Shown: one piece after another, positions 6,644 through 13,044 of the stretch
How the letters are laid out: every line of letters begins with the position of its first letter
Position numbering within the stretch: position 1 is the first letter of the stretch
Source of the DNA: Armatimonadota bacterium
Lineage (GTDB): Bacteria; Sysuimicrobiota; Sysuimicrobiia; Sysuimicrobiales; Kaftiobacteriaceae
Length of the DNA stretch: 13,044 nt
NCBI GenBank assembly: GCA_037440005.1
Contig: JBBIUY010000009.1
Coordinates: forward strand, 73,300-86,343
Reading direction: 5' to 3'
The notes under the pieces: model-generated
Seen by the model: the letters and a program-made list of their open reading frames with translations, nothing else
Database searches by the model: none
What the model was told of the DNA's origin: nothing
Translations under genes and position numbers: made by a program

Positions 6644-7639
6644 CTACGGCTCCTCCCCGGGGAGGCCTGCTCCGCCGCGGGCGGCCAGGCGGCGCAGGGC
6701 CGCCTGGACCCGCAGGTGCTCCCGGTGGGGCCGCGCCGGATCTCCCGAGACCACCGCCCCCGGGGGGACGTCGCGGGTCACCACCGCCCGGGCCAGGACC
6801 ACCGCCCGCTCCCCGATGCGCACGTGATCGCGGACGCCCACCTGGCCGGCCAGGACCGCGCCGTCGCCGATGGTGACGCTGCCGGAGATGCCGGTCTGGC
6901 CTGCGATCAGCACCCCCCGGCCGACGACGACGTTGTGGGCGATCTGCACCAGGTTGTCCACCTTGGTCCCCGCGCCGATGCGGGTCTCGCCCAGGGTGGC
7001 CCGGTCCACGGTGGTGTTGGCGCCGATCTCCACGTCGTCCTCGATGACCACCCGCCCGATGTGGGGGATCTTCTCGTGGCCGGCGCCGCTGGGGGCGTAG
7101 CCGAAGCCGTCGGCGCCGATGACCGCGCCGGCGTGGAGGATGACGCGCCGCCCGATGGCCGTCCCGTCGTACACCACGACCCGAGGGTAGAGGATGCTGC
7201 CCTCGCCCACGGTCACCCGCCGGCCGAGCACGCAGCCGGGCATCACCACCGCCCCGTCGCCCACGGTGGTGTCCTCGCCCACCACGCAGTAGGCTCCCAG
7301 GTGCACATCCCGGCCCAGACGGGCGGAGGCGGCCACCTGGGCGGTGGGGTGGATGCCCGCCGGCGGCCGCGGGTGCGGGTGGAGGACGGCCAGAGCCCGC
7401 GCCAGGGCCAGGCGGACGTCGGGCGCCCGCACCGCCGGCTTGCGCGACGCAGGAGCGTCCAGGGGCAGCAGCAGGGCGGCGGCCGGGCCGCGCTCGGCGT
7501 CGGGCAGGCGGCGGGCGTCGCGCACCATGACCAGGGACCCCGGGACGGCGCGGTCCGGCTCCGCCACAGCGGTGACCTCCACGGTCCCGTCGCCGTCCAG
7601 CACGGCGCCGATGGCCGCGGCCAGGTCCTGTAGCTTCAT
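6644..7639 (-). CDS. lpxD: UDP-3-O-(3-hydroxyacyl)glucosamine N-acyltransferase LpxD
   Basis: About 331 aa from ATG 7639. GGAGG at 7651-7655 is too close to the alternative GTG 7648. Hexapeptide repeats, [23 protein letters not shown], catalytic [12 protein letters not shown]. Confidence 0.96.
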   Translation of the reverse strand: MKLQDLAAAIGAVLDGDGTVEVTAVAEPDRAVPGSLVMVRDARRLPDAERGPAAALLLPLDAPASRKPAVRAPDVRLALARALAVLHPHPRPPAGIHPTAQVAASARLGRDVHLGAYCVVGEDTTVGDGAVVMPGCVLGRRVTVGEGSILYPRVVVYDGTAIGRRVILHAGAVIGADGFGYAPSGAGHEKIPHIGRVVIEDDVEIGANTTVDRATLGETRIGAGTKVDNLVQIAHNVVVGRGVLIAGQTGISGSVTIGDGAVLAGQVGVRDHVRIGERAVVLARAVVTRDVPPGAVVSGDPARPHREHLRVQAALRRLAARGGAGLPGEEP

Positions 7640-7658
7640 GAGCGTCACCGCCTCCGCG

Positions 7659-8066
7659 CTACCTCAGCCGCGCGATGACGTCGTCGGTGACGTCCACGCC
7701 GCCCAGGCGCGTGGCGTCCTTGACCAGGACCAGCTGCAGGCGTCGCCGCCGGGCCACGTCGGCGGCGGCCCGCCGGACCCGCTCGTTGAGCTGGCGCTCC
7801 AGGTCGGCCCGCAGGGAGGCCAGCTCCCGCAGGTAGGTCTGCCGGCGCGCCTCCAGGTCTTCGGGGCTGAGCTGGCCGCGCAGCAGCTGCAGGTCGGCCA
7901 CCATCGCCTTCTCGCGGTCGTCCAGCTGCTTCTGGTAGGACAGGGCCAGCACGCTCTCGTTGAGGACCCGGCGGGAGTCCACCACCCCCACCCGGGGGCC
8001 GCAGCCGGGCAGCGCCAGGGCCGCCAGCGCCAGGACCGCGGGGAACGCGCGCAGGGGTCGCATCAC
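7659..8066 (-). CDS. Skp/OmpH-family chaperone, short, predicted lipoprotein
   Basis: 135 aa (GTG 8066 or ATG 8063). Lipobox-like LALPG-C22, Skp N-terminal strand [14 protein letters not shown], helical middle, Skp C-terminus [24 protein letters not shown]. Confidence 0.88.
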   Translation of the reverse strand: MMRPLRAFPAVLALAALALPGCGPRVGVVDSRRVLNESVLALSYQKQLDDREKAMVADLQLLRGQLSPEDLEARRQTYLRELASLRADLERQLNERVRRAAADVARRRRLQLVLVKDATRLGGVDVTDDVIARLR

Positions 8067-9160
8067 TTCAGCCTTGCCGCCACGTCGGCGGTCACGTCCT
8101 CGGCGGAGAGGTTGGCGATGTACCGGGTGAGGACCACGTCCAGCCCGCGGGACTGGGCGACCACGGCCGCCTCCACCTTGACCTCGGCCACGATGCTCTC
8201 TTCCAGGCGGGCCCGCCGCTCCCGCAGGGCCTCCAGCTCCGCCCGCAGCTGCCGCGCCTGGGCGCGGTAGGCCTGCTCGGCCCGGGCCTGCTGAGTGCGG
8301 GCGGCCTGCAGCAACTGCTGGCGGCGCTCCTCCAGCCGCTGCTGCAGCACCCGCTGGCGGCGCTCGCCCTCCCGGGCCAGTTCGGCCCGCAGCTCCTGCT
8401 CGCGCACCTGCACCTTTCGCCGGGCGTCGGCCTGCAGCTGCTCCTGGGCGCGGGCCAGCCGGGCGTTGATGTCCTCCTCGACGGCGCGGCGGAACTCGGC
8501 CAGCGCCCGGTCGGCCTCCTCGGCGGCGGCCCGGATGCGCTCCTCCCGCTCCTGCTGGAGGGCCTGGGCCTGCCGCTGCAGCTCCTGGGCCTCCTCCTCG
8601 GACCGCAACCCCGCCACCTCGGCCCGCAGCCGGAGGTTCAGCAGCGGATAGCGGTACTCCTCACGGATCGCCTGCTCGGTCCGGCGGAACTCCTCCTGCA
8701 GCTGCTCCTGGCGGGCCGCCAGGGACCGCGTCCCCTCCTCCTGCAACCGGGCGCGCAACTCCTCCAGGCGGGCCTCGTGCTCCCGGCGCACCGACTCGGC
8801 GAACGCCTCCAGCCGCCGCTGGGCGTCCTGCTGCAGCAGCTGCATCTCCCGCTCCAGGTCCGCCTGCAGACGGCGGGCCTCCTCGTCCAGGGCCCGCTGC
8901 AGGTCCTCCACGGGAGCCGCCGGCGGCGGGAGGAGGTGGGCCAGCTGGGCCTCCACCACCTCCTGCTGGCGCCGCACCGCCTCCAGTTCGGGCCACAACG
9001 GGTGCGCCCGGGCCGCCGCCTCCAGGTCCACGACGCCGACCCGGGTCTCGACCGGCGCCGGGGGAGCCGGAGCCGGCACAGCGGTCGGGCGCGCCCGGCA
9101 CCCCGACGCCGCCAGGGCGACGGCCCCCGCCGCCAGCCACCGCCGCAGGCCGGATGCCAT
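8063..9160 (-). CDS. Skp/OmpH-like lipoprotein with a greatly extended coiled coil
   Basis: 365 aa. Lipobox-like LAASG-C21, Pro/Ala tether, RVGVVDLEAAARAHP, about 280 residues of E/Q/R/A/L-rich helix, C-terminal [23 protein letters not shown] matching the two neighbouring paralogues. Confidence 0.82.
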   Translation of the reverse strand: MASGLRRWLAAGAVALAASGCRARPTAVPAPAPPAPVETRVGVVDLEAAARAHPLWPELEAVRRQQEVVEAQLAHLLPPPAAPVEDLQRALDEEARRLQADLEREMQLLQQDAQRRLEAFAESVRREHEARLEELRARLQEEGTRSLAARQEQLQEEFRRTEQAIREEYRYPLLNLRLRAEVAGLRSEEEAQELQRQAQALQQEREERIRAAAEEADRALAEFRRAVEEDINARLARAQEQLQADARRKVQVREQELRAELAREGERRQRVLQQRLEERRQQLLQAARTQQARAEQAYRAQARQLRAELEALRERRARLEESIVAEVKVEAAVVAQSRGLDVVLTRYIANLSAEDVTADVAARLK

Positions 9161-9622
9161 CTACTTCCCGGTGAGGGCCGCGATGACGGCGTCGGTGAGG
9201 TCCACGCCGCCGTAGAGGACCACGCTGCGGTCGAGCACAATGCTGATGCCCCGCTCCCGGCTCACCTTTTCCACCGCCGCCCGGATGTCCCGGTCCAGCC
9301 CGCCCAGCAGCTCCTGGCGCTTCTGCAGGAACTCCTGCTGCATCTGCCGGTCCAGCTCCTGGCGCTGCAGCGGGGTCAGGGTGCGGGCGCGCGCCTGGAA
9401 CTCGCGCTGCTTGGCCTGGAAGAACTCCTGGAGCGCCCGCTCCGACGCCGCCTTGCGGGGGTGGGCGTCCAGGGCGCGCTGCATGTCCACCACGCCGATG
9501 GTGAACGACTGGCTCAGGGCCGGCCCCGCCCGCCAGGCCAGCGCCCCGGCCAGGACCACCAGCGCCGCGACGGCGACCACGACCGCCCACGGCGAGATCC
9601 GTCCCGATGGGATCCGCATCAT
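9161..9622 (-). CDS. ompH: Skp/OmpH-family periplasmic chaperone
   Basis: 153 aa. GAGGAGG Shine-Dalgarno, signal peptide ending near AGPALS, TIGVVDMQRALDAHP, C-terminal VEKVSRERGISIVLDRSVVLYGGVDLTDAVI. Confidence 0.93.
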   Translation of the reverse strand: MMRIPSGRISPWAVVVAVAALVVLAGALAWRAGPALSQSFTIGVVDMQRALDAHPRKAASERALQEFFQAKQREFQARARTLTPLQRQELDRQMQQEFLQKRQELLGGLDRDIRAAVEKVSRERGISIVLDRSVVLYGGVDLTDAVIAALTGK

Positions 9623-9672
9623 CCCCCTCCTCGCAGAAAGACCCGCCCCCGCCTTCCCGTCAGACCTCCCTC

Positions 9673-9678
9673 ATTGTA
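9673..9678 (-). promoter_or_regulatory. Candidate sigma70-type -10 element (TACAAT) for an internal promoter upstream of ompH
   Basis: TACAAT on the minus strand in the 130-bp gap, 50 bp upstream of the ompH ATG, conspicuous in GC-rich DNA. TTGACC (9687-9692) is only 8 bp away, so it is not a canonical -35. Confidence 0.4.
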
Positions 9679-9752
9679 CCGGATGCGGTCAAACGCCCTC
9701 GTCCCGACCGCCGCGAGATGGGAACGGGACCCGGCGCGCCCCGTGCCGTCTG

Positions 9753-11042
9753 TCAGAAGTTGCTCACCAGCCGCAGCCAGGCTGTCCCCTGGGTGGTGAC
9801 CACCGCCTCCCACGCCAGGAATTCGTTGATTCGGTAGACGACGGCTCCTTGGAACACCTGCGCCGGCGTCGTCCACTCCCCCCGCAGGCCCACGTCGGGG
9901 CTGAGCTGCACCGCCGCCCACCCCGTGGCGGCCTGCCCCAGAGGGGTCAGCGTGACGCCCACGGACACGGCGGGGGAGACCTCGTGGCGCAGTCCCAGCC
10001 CCGCCGCCACCGCCAGGGGCGTCGGCACCACCCGCATCTCCACGAAGACCTCCGTCCCGGGGACCAGCAGGCGTCCGGCCCGCACCACCACCGTCGCGCC
10101 GGGGGCCTGGGTCCCGATGTTCAGGTGGGCCTCGGCGCGGGCGCGGTACAGGCGCGACTCCGCCGTCACGGTCAGAAAGGTGGTCTCGGCGGGATCCATC
10201 CGCACCGACGCCGCCACCTGGTAGCGTGCCGCCGGCGGATAGGCGGCCAGCTCCGCCTCCACCAGGTCCTCCAGAGCCTCCCGGCGGGCGCGGGCGTACT
10301 CCACCGGCACGCCCCGCAAGAAGCCCGCCAGGGAGATGACCTGCGGGGAGTGCGGGTCCAGCAGGACCAGGGGGATGGAGGTGGACCGAAAGCGCACGCC
10401 GATGTTCCGGACGACGCGGCCGTCTTTGGGCAGGACCGTGAGGACGACCCGGGGCGGGAAGCCGCCGAAGACGTCCACCCGCGCGGTGTAGCCAGGCAGG
10501 GCCTGCTCGGCGGCCTCGCGGGCGGCCAGCACCACCACGCCGGCGGCCCACTCCAGTGCCGCAGGGGGCAGTCCGGACAGCAGGTCGGCCACCCGGCCGC
10601 GGGCGGTGCGGTCCAGGTCGGCCAGGACCAGGCGGCGCACGCGCGGGTCCAGGCCCGGGGTGTCCACGTCCACCTCGGCGGGTTCCATCACCGGCTCCCG
10701 GGCGCGCAGGCGCACTTCCACCGCCGCCACCACGCCGCCGCCGATGCGCACCTGGGAGACGGCGTACCCGGTCACCACCCGCTCCAGGACGACGCCCAGG
10801 GCCTCGGCCAGCCGGGACTGGTCGGCGGCCAGGGAGTCCACCGGGCGGCCCACCAGCAGCCGGCCGGCCACCGCCTCGGCGGCGTCGCGCAGCCGGCCCG
10901 CCACCAGCGGGTGCGGAGCCGGTCCGTCAAACGCCACCTCCACGCGGACCTGCTGCACCTGCTCCTGGGCCCGAACGCGGTCGGGGGCCGCCACAAGGCT
11001 GAGGACCGCGATCACCGCCGCCGCACACGCCACGCGTCCCAT
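9753..11042 (-). CDS. Uncharacterised exported protein with alpha/beta N-terminal domains and a predicted C-terminal beta-barrel ending in Phe
   Basis: About 429 aa from ATG 11042 (GGGGTG upstream; alternative ATG 11090 gives 445 aa). Signal peptide ..VIAVLSLVAAPDRVRA-Q. Last ~130 aa are amphipathic beta-hairpins ending AWLRLVSNF. Co-oriented between bamA and ompH. Confidence 0.85.
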   Translation of the reverse strand: MGRVACAAAVIAVLSLVAAPDRVRAQEQVQQVRVEVAFDGPAPHPLVAGRLRDAAEAVAGRLLVGRPVDSLAADQSRLAEALGVVLERVVTGYAVSQVRIGGGVVAAVEVRLRAREPVMEPAEVDVDTPGLDPRVRRLVLADLDRTARGRVADLLSGLPPAALEWAAGVVVLAAREAAEQALPGYTARVDVFGGFPPRVVLTVLPKDGRVVRNIGVRFRSTSIPLVLLDPHSPQVISLAGFLRGVPVEYARARREALEDLVEAELAAYPPAARYQVAASVRMDPAETTFLTVTAESRLYRARAEAHLNIGTQAPGATVVVRAGRLLVPGTEVFVEMRVVPTPLAVAAGLGLRHEVSPAVSVGVTLTPLGQAATGWAAVQLSPDVGLRGEWTTPAQVFQGAVVYRINEFLAWEAVVTTQGTAWLRLVSNF

Positions 11043-11120
11043 GGCCGCGCCACCCCGGCCCGCCCCGGACCGGGGTCGGGACCTCCGCATCCGATCAGGT
11101 CCACCGTCGGTACCACCGCC

Positions 11121-12887
11121 CTAGAAGGGCGCCCCCAGAGACAGCCAGGTCTGCCGGGTGCCGTCGGGCGCCCAGGCCAGGTCGATCCGGATCGGGCCCA
11201 GCGGGGTGGCGATGGCGAAGCCCACCCCGTAGGAGGTCAGGGGCGTGGTGAACTGCAGCGGGGCGTTGCCGGCGTCCACGAAGAGGATGCCGCTGACGTC
11301 CTGGAAGGCCGGGATCAGGGCGCTGAGGGGAAAACGGTACTCCACGTTGGCCACGATGAGGCTGTTCTCCCGCCGGAATCCCAGGGGCAGGCCCCGGACG
11401 GTGCTGGGGCCGCCGAAGACAAACCGTTCCTGCAGGGGCAGCGTGCCCGTGGCCGCGCCCACCAGGACCCGGCCCACCAGGGTGGACCGGTGGCCCACGG
11501 GGAACAGGTGCTGGTAGTCCACCGAGTACTTGGTGAAGGTGAAGTCGCTGCCCAGCGCCGCGGCCGCCAGTTCGCCGGAGACCATCAGCCGGTTGCCCGC
11601 CGTGGGCGTCAGGCGGTTGTCCCGCACGTCCCGGGTCACCGACAGCTGCAGCCCCACCACCCGTCCCGGCACGAACCCGCTGGGCGGGGGCGAGAGGGGG
11701 CTGGAGGGGTCGGCGGGGTCCAGGGGCAGGAGGGTGATCTCGGCCAGCTCGCTGCGCAGCCGCAGGGTGGCGGAGGTGGCGCCGTCCAGCGACCGGCTGA
11801 GGGCCGCGAACGCGCCCTGGCGCTGCAGGCTGTAGCGCGACTGGACCGTGCCCGAGGCGTCGTACTCCTGCTCCACCGACGCCCGGGAGAACAGGCTGAG
11901 GTCCAGGGACGCCCCGGGACCGTCCAGAAACGGCTCGGTGAAGGACAGCTCGTAGTTGATGACCTGGTCCGACCCGGTCTGCACGGCCCGTTCGGCGCGC
12001 AGCGCCACCGACTGGCCCCGTCCCTGCCAGTTGCGGTCGCGGTACTCAAGAAACCCCAGCAGCCCCTCCCGGTTGTTGTAGCCCAGCCCGAAGGCCGCCT
12101 GGGCCGTGCGGGCCTCCCGCACCTCGATGACGATGACGGCGGTGTCGGGGGTGCGGCCGGGCTCGGGGCGGGCGCGGACGGATTCAAACAGGCCGCTGTC
12201 GAACAGCCGCTGCAGGTCTCGCTGCAGGACGTTCACGTTGAACACCACGCCGGCGGTCGTCTCCCGCACGTACCGCCGGGCGGTGGCCAGCTGGGTCTTG
12301 CGCAGGCCCTCGAACCGTACCGCCTCCACCACGCCCTCGGCGATGCGCAGGCGCAGCCGGGCCTGGTCGGGGCTGTCGAGGGGCAGGATGGCCACGTCCG
12401 CCACCCGGGCCAGCACGTACCCCCGGGACTCGTACAGGCGCTGGACGGCGGCGGTGCCGTCCCGCAGCCGGCGGAGGTTGAGGACCTCGCCCACGGGCAC
12501 CGCCAGCGCGTCCACCACGTCGCGGGTGGGCACCGACGCGTTGCCCTCCACCACCACCTCCGCCACCACCGGGTTCTCGGTGACCAGAAAGACCACCGTC
12601 ACCCCGTCGGGGGCGGGCTCGAGCCGGGCCATCACGTCGGTGAACCAGCCCAGGTCGTTGATGGCCCGCACGTCGGCGCGCACCTTCTCGTCGGACAGCG
12701 GCTCGCCCACCCGGGTCGCCGTCACGGCGGCCAGGATCTGCTCCACGGGCACCCGCACGGCGCCCCGCACCTCGACGGCCTTCACCGTCGGCGGGGCGGC
12801 CGGCGCCTGCGAGAGCGCGGGGGCCGGCAGGACCGCCAGGCAGGTCAGCACCGCCCACCCCACGCGCCGGACGGACGACGTCACCAT
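11121..12887 (-). CDS. bamA: Outer-membrane protein assembly factor BamA (Omp85 family), three POTRA domains
   Basis: 588 aa. GGGAGG Shine-Dalgarno, signal peptide, three POTRA repeats (ending FLVTENP, LRIAEG, IEVREAR), barrel motifs YRDRNWQGRGQ, ELSFTEPFL, FGGPSTVRGL, LFVDAGNA, GVGFAIATPLGPIRIDLAW, terminal Phe. Confidence 0.94.
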   Translation of the reverse strand: MVTSSVRRVGWAVLTCLAVLPAPALSQAPAAPPTVKAVEVRGAVRVPVEQILAAVTATRVGEPLSDEKVRADVRAINDLGWFTDVMARLEPAPDGVTVVFLVTENPVVAEVVVEGNASVPTRDVVDALAVPVGEVLNLRRLRDGTAAVQRLYESRGYVLARVADVAILPLDSPDQARLRLRIAEGVVEAVRFEGLRKTQLATARRYVRETTAGVVFNVNVLQRDLQRLFDSGLFESVRARPEPGRTPDTAVIVIEVREARTAQAAFGLGYNNREGLLGFLEYRDRNWQGRGQSVALRAERAVQTGSDQVINYELSFTEPFLDGPGASLDLSLFSRASVEQEYDASGTVQSRYSLQRQGAFAALSRSLDGATSATLRLRSELAEITLLPLDPADPSSPLSPPPSGFVPGRVVGLQLSVTRDVRDNRLTPTAGNRLMVSGELAAAALGSDFTFTKYSVDYQHLFPVGHRSTLVGRVLVGAATGTLPLQERFVFGGPSTVRGLPLGFRRENSLIVANVEYRFPLSALIPAFQDVSGILFVDAGNAPLQFTTPLTSYGVGFAIATPLGPIRIDLAWAPDGTRQTWLSLGAPF

Positions 12888-12963
12888 GCACCCTCCCGGA
12901 AGACGAACGACTTCCCTGCTCCGGATGACCCCGGCATGCGGGCGTCCGTCAGGGTGTACGGAA

Positions 12964-13044
12964 CTACGGAGCCACCGGTTCGCGCCGCAACGTGCGGTCC
13001 GCCGCGAGGATCAGCTCCACCAGCTCGTCCAGGGACAGGGCGGG
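12964..13044 (-). CDS. 3' end of an unidentified upstream gene, truncated by the window edge
   Basis: Frame reads ..PALSLDELVELILAADRTLRREPVAP-TAG, mostly with G/C-ending codons as in the operon. The stop lies 76 bp upstream of the bamA ATG. Too short to identify. Confidence 0.55.
   Translation of the reverse strand, partial: PALSLDELVELILAADRTLRREPVAP

Noticed and set aside
9660..9674. Mini-ORF ATG AGG GAG GTC TGA (MREV) upstream of ompH, and a CAGACCTCC 9-mer shared with the fabZ leader
   Set aside because: The ATG overlaps the putative -10 hexamer, and the 9-mer is largely an SD-like sequence, so both are plausibly chance.
135..11835. Long plus-strand ORFs (e.g. 135-1052, 884-3274, 2067-4187, 4314-6428, 6137-7633, 8777-9799)
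   Set aside because: They are antisense shadows of well-identified minus-strand genes. Stop codons are rare at this GC content, and the products are P/R/G/A-rich with no recognisable motifs.
12888..12963. Short GGAAG/CTTCC inverted repeat and possible sigmaE-type promoter upstream of bamA
   Set aside because: The stem is only 5 bp, and I found no correctly spaced promoter elements on the minus strand.

Overview
Very GC-rich bacterial DNA (roughly 75% by eye) occupied almost entirely by one minus-strand operon for outer-membrane and lipid A biogenesis. In transcription order (right to left): 3' end of an unidentified gene, bamA (Omp85, three POTRA domains), an uncharacterised exported protein with a predicted C-terminal beta-barrel, three tandem Skp/OmpH paralogues (one soluble, one giant coiled-coil lipoprotein, one short lipoprotein), lpxD, lpxC, fabZ, lpxA, lpxI, lpxB, lptC, an elongated lptA, and lptB. 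The arrangement resembles the outer-membrane cluster of diderm Terrabacteria (inference), but no msbA/waaA/lpxK/kds genes lie between lpxB and lptC. Non-coding oddities are a BoxC/REP-like hairpin with duplicated arms at the left edge, an inverted pair of 5x8-bp tandem arrays that supplies the lpxC stop codon, a (CCCTCTT)3 spacer before lptA, and a T8 tract at the start of lpxB. The long plus-strand ORFs are shadow frames. I saw no RNA genes, CRISPR array or transposase. The best candidates for undescribed biology are the barrel protein and giant Skp next to bamA, and the octamer inverted-array element.
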